Assembly (NCBI GenBank): GCA_963695545.1
Contig: OY968796.1
Location: 1,024,001-1,088,000 of the forward strand
Source: Terriglobia bacterium
GTDB taxonomy: Bacteria > Acidobacteriota > Terriglobia > Acidiferrales > UBA7541
Reading direction: 5' to 3'
DNA: 64,000 nucleotides
Part shown: piece by piece, positions 54,596 to 64,000 of the stretch
Position numbering within the stretch: the first letter of the stretch is position 1
Layout: every line of letters begins with the position of its first letter
The notes under the pieces: model-generated
Databases searched by the model: none
Told to the model about the DNA's origin: nothing
Seen by the model: only the letters and a program-made list of their open reading frames with translations
Made by a program: the position numbers and the translations under genes

Positions 54596-56368
54596 ATGAC
54601 ACAATTATTCGAACGGCGGACGTTGATCGGCGCGGCGCTGGCGTTGGCCGCAGCGGCCTTGCTCGCGGGACCACACATCTACGGAGCACAGCAGGCCGCC
54701 GCGCCGCAGGCCACGGCGCCCGCTAACACTTCGCCGACCGGTGAATCGGCCACACCGCCGGTAGTGATCGACGTCGACGCCGCGCATCCCGGCGGCGAAT
54801 ACCGTCCCGCGTGGAATTTCTTCGGCGCCGACGAACCGAATTACGTCTACACGCCGGACGGCGAAAAATTGCTACATGAACTCGCCGTGCTGAGCCCAAC
54901 GCCCGTGCACATACGCTTGCACAACCTGCTGACGAGCGGCGACGGCACACCATCGCTCAAGTGGGGATCGACAAACGCGTATAGCGAGGATGCCGCGGGC
55001 AATCCCATTTACAACTGGACGATCACGGATCGAATTTTCGACGCGCTGCGCGACACGGGCGTCGAGCCTCTGGTGGAAGTGGGCTTCATGCCCGAGGCGC
55101 TTTCGACGCATCCCGAGCCCTACCGGCACACGTTTCCGAATACCGGCGTTAGCGGCATTTTCACCGGCTGGTCATATCCGCCGAAAGATTACGCGAAGTG
55201 GGGCGCGCTGGTGACGGCGTGGGCCACGCATCTGCGCGATCGCTATGGCGCCGACGCGACGCGCGGTTGGCTGTGGGAAGTCTGGAACGAGCCGGACATC
55301 GGATATTGGCACGGCACGCCCGAAGAGTACGACCGTTTGTACGACGTGACCTCGGCCGCGATCCGCAGCGTGCTGCCCGACGCGAAAATCGGCGGCCCTG
55401 ATTCGACCGGCCCCGGCGGTGAGCGCGCGTCGGCGTTTCTCACACAGTTCCTCACGCATTGCAGCAAGGGCGTGAATTCCGCGACGGGCGGCGTTGGTGC
55501 GCCACTCGACTTCATCAGTTTTCATCCGAAGGGCGCGCCGAAAATGGTCGATGGGCACGTGCAGATGGGCATTCGGAATCAACTCGCTGCGATGGATCGC
55601 GGAATGAAAATCGTGGCCTCGTTTCCGGAGTACCACAACACGCCGATCATCCTGGGCGAAAGCGATCCGGAGGGATGCGGCGCGTGCTCACTGGCCACAA
55701 ATCCCGTCGAGGCGTATCGCAACGGGCCGCTCTACGGAGTTTATGTGGCGGATGCCGAGGCGCGCACGTATGAGCTCGCGCGGAAAAATGGCGTGAACCT
55801 CGAAGGTTCGGTCACTTGGGCGCTCGAATTCGAGGGCCAGCCATATTTCGCGGGATATCGCGATTTAGCCACGAACGGCGTGGATAAAGCCGTGCTCAAC
55901 GTTTTCCGAATGCTGGGAATGCTCAAGGGCAATTGGCTGCCGGTCACAAGCTCCGGCGGATTACCGGTCGAAGATATTTTGGCGAACGGCGTGACGGGCG
56001 CGCCGGACGTGAACGCCATCGCGACGCGCGCGGACAGCGAAGTGGACGTGCTGGTCTGGAATTACCACGATGACGACGTGAAAGCGTCCGCAGCCAGCGT
56101 ACAAATTCACGTGGATGGGTTGCAGAAAAAACAGGTAAGCGTCGAACAATTTCGTATGGATGAAACTCACAGCAACGCGTATCGCGCCTGGCTCGACATG
56201 GGTTCGCCCGCCTCACCGACGGCGGAGCAGCAAACGGCGCTCGAGCGCGCGGGTGGACTGGCGGCACTTGGAAATCTGCAAGAACTGAAGGTTAAGGGCG
56301 GAACATTGACGCTGCCGCTTGAACTTCCCCGGCAGGGCGTGGAACTCGTGCGAATCAGTTGGCGATGA
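54596..56368 (+). CDS. Glycoside hydrolase family 39 (beta-xylosidase-like), exported
   Basis: 'WEVWNEPD' (acid/base), 'LDFISFHPKG', 'ILGESDPEG' (nucleophile); N-terminal export signal. Confidence 0.9.
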   Translation: MTQLFERRTLIGAALALAAAALLAGPHIYGAQQAAAPQATAPANTSPTGESATPPVVIDVDAAHPGGEYRPAWNFFGADEPNYVYTPDGEKLLHELAVLSPTPVHIRLHNLLTSGDGTPSLKWGSTNAYSEDAAGNPIYNWTITDRIFDALRDTGVEPLVEVGFMPEALSTHPEPYRHTFPNTGVSGIFTGWSYPPKDYAKWGALVTAWATHLRDRYGADATRGWLWEVWNEPDIGYWHGTPEEYDRLYDVTSAAIRSVLPDAKIGGPDSTGPGGERASAFLTQFLTHCSKGVNSATGGVGAPLDFISFHPKGAPKMVDGHVQMGIRNQLAAMDRGMKIVASFPEYHNTPIILGESDPEGCGACSLATNPVEAYRNGPLYGVYVADAEARTYELARKNGVNLEGSVTWALEFEGQPYFAGYRDLATNGVDKAVLNVFRMLGMLKGNWLPVTSSGGLPVEDILANGVTGAPDVNAIATRADSEVDVLVWNYHDDDVKASAASVQIHVDGLQKKQVSVEQFRMDETHSNAYRAWLDMGSPASPTAEQQTALERAGGLAALGNLQELKVKGGTLTLPLELPRQGVELVRISWR

Positions 56369-56407
56369 GGCCGATGAGACGTGACGGCGTCTCGCGACGC
56401 GCGATCG

Positions 56408-58342
<1,935 letters not shown>

Positions 58343-58576
58343 GGCTTTCCTCGCCTGCGGGGAGAAGAGAACTATAGTCCGCCCAAGCCCGCGACAACCC
58401 CGCGCCCTGCTTCGGGCGTCTTCCCAATATAAAACAAATCTACACGCACGCCACGACTTCGTGCCTGCCCGTAGCCTGCTAGATACTTAGATGCGCCAAC
58501 CCGCAAGAGGTCACCCGCATCCGGTTGAACCGAGACGTGAGACGAGCCGCGGAAATCGCGGTCGTATCCCTCGGCG

Positions 58577-60109
58577 TCACAACAACTCCTCCTCGATCAC
58601 CACCCCAACTTCGGTCCCTGCCGCCGCGGCGAATTCCGCTGCCACCGGAAACCCCCGCGCCCAAACAATCGCGCCGGCACTGGTAAGCACCGGCCAGCCT
58701 GCGCGATCGCGTCGTGAAATGCGCGACTCGAGCAGCAGCCGTTTCAACTTGCGATTATGCCGCCGCCCGGAAGGACGAAACGTATCACCCGGAAGCCAGC
58801 TCCTCACCACCAGCGGAGAGCGCAACCGATCCCGGTCGAGTGCAATCTGCCCAACTCTAGTTTCGCCCGTGGCTCGCGGCCAGTCAATCAATTTGAGCCG
58901 GAGTCGCCGGCCGATTTCGGGGACCGCGACCTCGGCCGATTGCGCGCCTTCAATTTGAACCGGATACTCGAAACGCGAGGCTTCGCGAGATGCGGCCGCG
59001 GCCCGCGACTCGGTGCTGTCCGCGGGCACCGCGAAAAAGCGGACCATGTCAAAATTGCGCTCCACGCGCACGCCCGGCAGGTGTGTTTCTGCGCCGCTCG
59101 GCGATCTCTCTTGCTGGCCCGCGCCATCCGAGTGAGAACTTCTCGCGAGGCGCAGCACCTGATCGGTGTGGCGTGCCGTGAGTCCCATGCGATCACCGCG
59201 CAATTCTTGATAAATCCGCCGCACCAAGCGCCGCGAAAATGCCGCGGAGGCGAAAGCGGCGCCGACGCCGGGGGCGGCGCCCGGAGCGGCGCCCGGAATC
59301 GCAAAACCGGCTGGCTCGAGCAAGTCGGCCGCGCGAATCGAGATCGTGCCCGAAGCTTCGCGCTGCGTCTTGCTTTGAAACGCTGCGGCAACCCACGAAT
59401 CCCAGAACGCTTCTTCGTCTGCCGCCAGCGACGCGAGCCGGCACAACTGCGCCACCATCTGCGGCTCGAAATCTTTTTCGAGAAACGGCAGCAGCCGATG
59501 CCGGATGCGCGCGCGCAGGCGCGTGGTGTCTTCGTTCGTCGAATCCTCGCGCCACGGTTGCCCTGCGGTCACCAAGTACTCGCGCAATTCACGCCGGCGA
59601 ATTTCAAGCAGAGGCCGGACGATCGTCCCAAAGACGGGATGAATCCCCGCAAGTCCGGTCAGTCCCGTGCCGCGCACCAGATGCGCCAGCACGGTTTCAG
59701 CCTGATCGTCGGCCGTGTGCGCAACAGCCACACGTGTCGCGCGGCCTTGCGCGACGACTTGATCGAAAAATTGATAGCGCAGCCTGCGCGCGGCGTCTTC
59801 GAGATTCCAGCTTTTCTGGCGCGCGACCCCGCGCACATCCTGCGCGCTTACTTCACAAGCCGCGCCGAGTGCCGCCGCCAATTCTTCGACAAAACGCTGA
59901 TCGGCATCCGCGTCGGCGCCGCGAAGCTGGTGATTGAAATGCAAAACCAGAAGACCAATGCCCAGCCGGTCGCGCAATTCCAGCAAAATCCGCAACAGCG
60001 CGACCGAATCGGCGCCGCCGGAAACGGCAACGCCCAACGTATCGCCGGCGCGCACCATCCGCTGCCGCGAAACGCTATCGAGAATCCGCGATTGAATTGA
60101 GGATTGCAT
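58577..60109 (-). CDS. tilS: tRNA(Ile)-lysidine synthetase
   Basis: 'AVSGGADS', 'AHTADDQAET', 'RGTG', 'RPLL', 'EDSTN', TilS C-terminal domain; upstream of ftsH. Confidence 0.95.
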   Translation of the reverse strand: MQSSIQSRILDSVSRQRMVRAGDTLGVAVSGGADSVALLRILLELRDRLGIGLLVLHFNHQLRGADADADQRFVEELAAALGAACEVSAQDVRGVARQKSWNLEDAARRLRYQFFDQVVAQGRATRVAVAHTADDQAETVLAHLVRGTGLTGLAGIHPVFGTIVRPLLEIRRRELREYLVTAGQPWREDSTNEDTTRLRARIRHRLLPFLEKDFEPQMVAQLCRLASLAADEEAFWDSWVAAAFQSKTQREASGTISIRAADLLEPAGFAIPGAAPGAAPGVGAAFASAAFSRRLVRRIYQELRGDRMGLTARHTDQVLRLARSSHSDGAGQQERSPSGAETHLPGVRVERNFDMVRFFAVPADSTESRAAAASREASRFEYPVQIEGAQSAEVAVPEIGRRLRLKLIDWPRATGETRVGQIALDRDRLRSPLVVRSWLPGDTFRPSGRRHNRKLKRLLLESRISRRDRAGWPVLTSAGAIVWARGFPVAAEFAAAAGTEVGVVIEEELL

Positions 60110-60252
60110 CGGATAGACCCCGCGGCTCGCCCGCCAAATCGGGTCGTACGTATCGTAGCAGCCGGAGCGCTGCACTCACAATTTTAGGAAGGCAAGCGGA
60201 GGGATAAGCGCTTCATCTTTCCGCAAAAAACGGTCCTGAGAAAATGACGGAG

Positions 60253-60660
60253 CTACCTCTTTGGAATCTGACCGCTCATCAACGCGCGGCTCGAAGCAAT
60301 CCGATGATCCAGCGCCACGGCCGCAAAGTAAGCGCATCCGCCGCGTTCGCCCTCGAGCCAATCCGCAAAGCCGCGCGACGTCCATCCCAGCGAAGTACGC
60401 ACGCCGCCCAAAAACGCGTAGTAGAGGCGAACTGGAGCCAGCGCCGGACCGCTGCCGGCCAGCACCGGGCACAGGCGCATCAGTTGCAGCACGCGGCCGA
60501 ACTCGCCTCCGCTGACATTCCGCACGGTGAAACCCGTGACCGCTCGCGCTTGTCCCGATAGCTCCAGATCCCGCGATGCGCGAACCAACGCGTGGCAGTA
60601 GCAGACGAAAAACTGCAAGAGCGCGGTTACCGAGATCACGAGAATCAGAAAGTCCATCAT
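60253..60660 (-). CDS. 135-aa hypothetical protein with an N-terminal TM helix (third gene of the peptide module)
   Basis: ATG 60660 overlaps the TGA of the 7TM gene (ATGA); MMDFLILVISVTALLQFFVCYC... The longer ORF-track start at 60930 lies inside the upstream gene. Confidence 0.75.
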   Translation of the reverse strand: MMDFLILVISVTALLQFFVCYCHALVRASRDLELSGQARAVTGFTVRNVSGGEFGRVLQLMRLCPVLAGSGPALAPVRLYYAFLGGVRTSLGWTSRGFADWLEGERGGCAYFAAVALDHRIASSRALMSGQIPKR

Positions 60661-61376
60661 CGGTTCGACATCGGATCCGAAATCGGACCGGAAGCCGCGA
60701 CGCTGGCCACAGCCAGTCGCGCATCCTCGCCGACTTGCGAATAGGTGTAGGCCCACGCGGCGGGCAGGCAAATTCCCAGAATTGGCGGCATGTATTGCCA
60801 GAGTGTGATGCGTGGATAGAGATTGCACAGCGCATACGTCGCGGCAAATGCGCTGAAATAGACGCCGAGCGAAAGCACGAACTGAATCAGCCGAGTGCGC
60901 GTCTCGCGAAGCTTCATCACCGCGCCCCACAGAACGTAGGTGAGCACCAGACCCACGAAATAAAGATTCTGCGAAAGCTCCACCACAAACAGCGTCAACA
61001 TCTTGCCGTGCGACGCTGCCACAATCTTCAGCGAGACTCCCGCGGTGGCCAGCAGGATGAGCATCGCTCCTGCTCGAACGTATTTTCCCAGGCCCAGTTC
61101 AGCGAAAACGTGCGTGTACAAACCCATCAGCACGAAGAAGAGAAAGATTGACAACAGTACGTCGGAATAGAAGTAGAAATAAAAGTATTGGTGGGAATTG
61201 TAGCCGTGAGTTTTCAGGATGCCGTAGCTGACAATCGTGAAAACACCCGCTGTCACGATGTACAGATTGAGGGTGAAATATTTGAAAAAGGACTTGGAGC
61301 GGATTGCGCACACCAGTGCGAGAGCATCCATAAGGACGCTTGCAGCCCATAACACGTAATCAGCCGGACTCAGCAA
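60657..61376 (-). CDS. Hypothetical polytopic membrane protein (about 7 TM, no soluble catalytic domain)
   Basis: 239 aa with seven hydrophobic segments by eye; TTG start preceded by GAAAGG. Confidence 0.8.
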   Translation of the reverse strand: MLSPADYVLWAASVLMDALALVCAIRSKSFFKYFTLNLYIVTAGVFTIVSYGILKTHGYNSHQYFYFYFYSDVLLSIFLFFVLMGLYTHVFAELGLGKYVRAGAMLILLATAGVSLKIVAASHGKMLTLFVVELSQNLYFVGLVLTYVLWGAVMKLRETRTRLIQFVLSLGVYFSAFAATYALCNLYPRITLWQYMPPILGICLPAAWAYTYSQVGEDARLAVASVAASGPISDPMSNR

Positions 61377-61403
61377 CCATGCCTTTCAGCAGCTGAGTCC
61401 GAC

Positions 61404-61430
61404 AAACTAAGGCCAACGAGGCCTTAGTTT
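61404..61430. other. Intergenic stem-loop between the peptide gene and the 7TM gene
   Basis: aaactaaggcc-aacga-ggccttagttt, a perfect 11-bp stem, extendable by agctga/tcagct. Confidence 0.7.
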
Positions 61431-61437
61431 TTCAGCT

Positions 61438-61776
61438 TCAGCTCACCACCGCGGGCGGTGGTAGAGGCGGAACCGGCCCACCGATATTAGCGGTGAGTAC
61501 GCTTCCCCGGGCCGGCGGCGGTAGTGGCGGAACTGGCCCACCGATATTAGCGGTGAGTACGTTCGCCCTTACCGGTGGTGGTAGCGGCGGAACTGGCCCA
61601 CCGATGTTAGCGGTGAGCACGTTCGCCCTGGCCGGCGGTGGCAACGGCGGAACTGGCCCGCCGATGTTAGCAACGAGTGCGCTCGTGCCGGCATGATGCG
61701 CCGTCACGACCCCACCCATGGCTCCCGTAAGTACCAACAACGTTGCTACTACGACTACTGCGAGGTACTTGGGCAT
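61438..61776 (-). CDS. Secreted multi-core repeat peptide precursor (4 x NIGGPVPPLPPP)
   Basis: GGAGG RBS, ATG 61776, 112 aa; signal-peptide-like N-terminus and four 20-aa repeats. Confidence 0.85.
   Translation of the reverse strand: MPKYLAVVVVATLLVLTGAMGGVVTAHHAGTSALVANIGGPVPPLPPPARANVLTANIGGPVPPLPPPVRANVLTANIGGPVPPLPPPARGSVLTANIGGPVPPLPPPAVVS
61451..61682. repeat. 60-bp coding tandem repeat, about 4 copies
   Basis: Lines 61441/61501/61561/61621 align in register (ggcggaac(c/t)ggccc(a/g)ccgat(a/g)ttagc). Confidence 0.95.
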
Positions 61777-62150
61777 ATAGCCCTCCGAGAGAGACAACAA
61801 CGGAGGGACTATACACCGAACTGTGCCAGAATGGTACTAAAGTACTATTTTTTCTTCGTACGCGAACACCCCCGGCTTTGGCCGTCCCGGCGGGGTCTAG
61901 CCCGCCAAACCGGCCAATTGCCTGGAAATGTCCCGCTGTCAGGGTAAGAACACGGACCATCGCGAACAATAGTACGGAAGTTCTAATGGGCTAACGGATT
62001 GGAATCTCGTGACGCAGCACCTTCCTCGAAGCTGTGCCGTTGCGGCACAGAGCGCCCGCGGCGCAGCCTCCGCTGGCTCGACGAGCGTCTTCCGAACTCC
62101 GCGTGCCGCGCTACGCGGTGTTATCCGAGCTGTGCCCGGCTTTCGCGCGC

Positions 62151-62180
62151 TTGACAGTCACGGAAGCGCATCCGTACCAT
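62151..62180 (+). promoter_or_regulatory. Sigma70-type promoter of the tRNA
   Basis: TTGACA, 18-nt spacer, TACCAT. Confidence 0.6.
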
Positions 62181-62201
62181 GCATGTCGAAGTCCCGCAAA
62201 T

Positions 62202-62276
62202 GCCGGCGTAGCTCAGGGGTAGAGCGAGGGTCTCATAATCCCTAGGTCGTGGGTTCGAGTCCCACCACCGGCACCA
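62202..62276 (+). tRNA. tRNA with CAT anticodon, most likely elongator tRNA-Met
   Basis: GCCGGCG acceptor stem, D-arm GCTC/GAGC, anticodon loop CT-CAT-AA, GGTTCGAGTCC T-arm, encoded CCA. The G1-C72 pair argues against an initiator tRNA. Confidence 0.93.
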
Positions 62277-62286
62277 TTCTTGCTTT

Positions 62287-63270
62287 CTATCCCGGATACC
62301 AGATCTTGCGCTCGTCGCCCGCGACGCGTTGATAGGTCCAAGCTTCTTCGATGAGTCGCGGCAATTCGTAGCGCGGTCTCCAGCCCAGCAGAAATTTCGC
62401 CTTGGTATTGTCCAGCCACGTTGAGTGATAAAGAGTGCTGATCTCAACCGCCGGCAATCCACGTGTCCCGCGCAGATAGTCCGCCACGTCTTTGTAATCC
62501 ACCGGCTCATTCGTACAGATGTTGAACGTTTGCTGGCGGGCCTTCGGATTATCGACGGCCGCGATGATGGCCTCCACCAGGTCGGTTACGTGCACAAAAT
62601 TGCGCTTCACGGGCTTTCCATCCGGATCAAGCATCAGCGGCACCGCGCCGCTTTTCACATACGCATCGGCGCGCTCCGCTCCCACCAAATCCCTCCAGCG
62701 CGGCCCGCCGAAAACGTCTTCGCCAAACGAGAGTGAATATTTGAAATCGTCCTTCTCCATGATCCATGGAGCACGCAGGCAACATCCCGTTAGATCGTAT
62801 TGCACGTAATACTGCTCCAGCATGACCTCTTCGAGGACCTTCGATAGCGCGTAACAACCGGGATAGGCGGTGTGCTTTTGCTCCTCAGTCACCGGGATCG
62901 GGTGCGCGTAAAAAAAATGTCCAACCGCTCCATCCCCGCCAATCAGTATGAACTGCTCAAAAGTTTGGCTAACGCGGCATTCCTCGAGCAACCAGAACAA
63001 ACCCTTGACCGTTACGTCGATCACCTCGTCGGGGGTCTCCTTGCAAGTGGCGCAATGCAGCACATGAGTCACGCCCTGCATGGCTTCGCGGACCACTTCG
63101 CGATCGGCGATGCTGCCTCGCACAATTTCCAGGCGCTCGTGCGCACCAAGCGCCCGGTTGTGGCACAGCGCTCGAACACGCGCGTCCCGCCAATCGTCGG
63201 ACTCGAGGATCCGCTTGATGGCATGCGATCCCACTTTGCCTGTTGCGCCGGTGACAAGAAGGCGTTTCAT
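62287..63270 (-). CDS. NAD-dependent epimerase/dehydratase (extended SDR)
   Basis: 'VTGATGKVG', 'YALSK', 'RNFVHVTDL'. Confidence 0.9.
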   Translation of the reverse strand: MKRLLVTGATGKVGSHAIKRILESDDWRDARVRALCHNRALGAHERLEIVRGSIADREVVREAMQGVTHVLHCATCKETPDEVIDVTVKGLFWLLEECRVSQTFEQFILIGGDGAVGHFFYAHPIPVTEEQKHTAYPGCYALSKVLEEVMLEQYYVQYDLTGCCLRAPWIMEKDDFKYSLSFGEDVFGGPRWRDLVGAERADAYVKSGAVPLMLDPDGKPVKRNFVHVTDLVEAIIAAVDNPKARQQTFNICTNEPVDYKDVADYLRGTRGLPAVEISTLYHSTWLDNTKAKFLLGWRPRYELPRLIEEAWTYQRVAGDERKIWYPG

Positions 63271-63421
63271 AGGTCTGGACAGTCTACACTTGTTTCGGAG
63301 AGCCCATCGTCATCCTCATTTTTGTCCCGTTTCACTCGCTCCGTTCGCGTCAGCAACGGTTACAATATTTAGCGCGTTGCGCGCTCACGCAGTTTCCAAA
63401 TCGAATCGGAGGTTCATCGAC

Positions 63422-64000
63422 GTGCTGCCCAGCCGGCCGGTCCTCATATCGTGCTGCGTCATCTTATATTTTGCGTTTTTCACTCCGTTCGAGACGGTGC
63501 GCGCCGAGGTAAAGCCCGCGGCGCTTTTCAGCGATCACATGGTGCTTCAAAGCGGCATGCGCGTACCCATCTGGGGAACCGCGGGTCCCGGCGAAAAAGT
63601 CACCGTGACTTTCGAGAACCAAAAAAAATCCGTGATCGCCGGCGCCGACGGTAAATGGATGGTGCGCCTCTCCAAGCTCACCGCCGGCGGCCCCTTCGAG
63701 ATGACCATTGCCGGCGACAATACCATCACCGTGAAGGATATTCTGGTCGGCGAAGTGTGGCTTGCTTCCGGGCAATCGAACATGGCGTTCACCGTCTCGA
63801 AGCAGCACGCGTCTTACGCCGGCCTGCTCAACGAGGATCAGGAGATCGCCGCAGCCAACTATCCGCAAATTCGCATGTTCACCGGCAAAACGGCAAAGGA
63901 CTACGAACCTCAGTCCGAGATCGAAGGCCAATGGCTGGTGTGCAGTCCGGAAACTGTCGGCGATTTTTCCGCCGTCGGCTATTTATTCGCGCGCGACTTA
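63422..64000 (+). CDS. Sialate O-acetylesterase family protein (SGNH), truncated by the window end
   Basis: Manual translation from GTG 63422 (GGAGG RBS): 'LFSDHMVLQ....PIWG', 'GEVWLASGQSNM', 'FSAVGYLFAR'. Confidence 0.9.
   Translation, partial: MLPSRPVLISCCVILYFAFFTPFETVRAEVKPAALFSDHMVLQSGMRVPIWGTAGPGEKVTVTFENQKKSVIAGADGKWMVRLSKLTAGGPFEMTIAGDNTITVKDILVGEVWLASGQSNMAFTVSKQHASYAGLLNEDQEIAAANYPQIRMFTGKTAKDYEPQSEIEGQWLVCSPETVGDFSAVGYLFARDL

Noticed and set aside
60657..61376. 7TM protein as a microbial rhodopsin
   Set aside because: There is no retinal-binding lysine motif in the last helix and no recognisable helix C motif.
61451..61682. 60-bp periodic repeat considered as a CRISPR array
   Set aside because: There are no unique spacers, the period is a multiple of 3, variation is synonymous within an ORF, and no cas genes are present. 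It is a coding repeat.

Overview
GC-rich bacterial chromosomal window. Gene content (Oar-type TonB receptor, atpF'FHAGDC without atpB/E, several hypotheticals of acidobacterial type) suggests Acidobacteriota; this is an inference. Most of it is housekeeping: MltD-like LysM transglycosylase, dksA-like/comF/HNH, queA, hsp20-clpB-htpX, nagA, ATP synthase, mltG-ruvX, folP, ftsH, tilS and a tRNA(CAT). Two loci stand out. (1) 60253-61776 (- strand) is a three-gene module. It encodes a secreted precursor with four identical NIGGPVPPLPPP cores, whose DNA copies differ only at synonymous sites, followed by a hairpin, a stand-alone ~7-TM membrane protein and a translationally coupled 135-aa membrane-anchored partner. 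This is a candidate peptide-signal/receptor system that I cannot match to a described family. (2) 4029-10099 is a coupled pair: a degenerate SIR2-like + TIR protein and a 1562-aa nSTAND-type NTPase-TM-TPR protein, a candidate NLR-like conflict/defence system. Smaller items are an M28 peptidase that has lost its metal ligands, a tandem gene duplication with a conserved long leader, a sigma54-driven Gly/Arg/Tyr-rich secreted protein, an ECF42-DGPF locus with its promoter motif, and several REP-like palindromes. All family calls come from motif recognition by eye; no searches were run.
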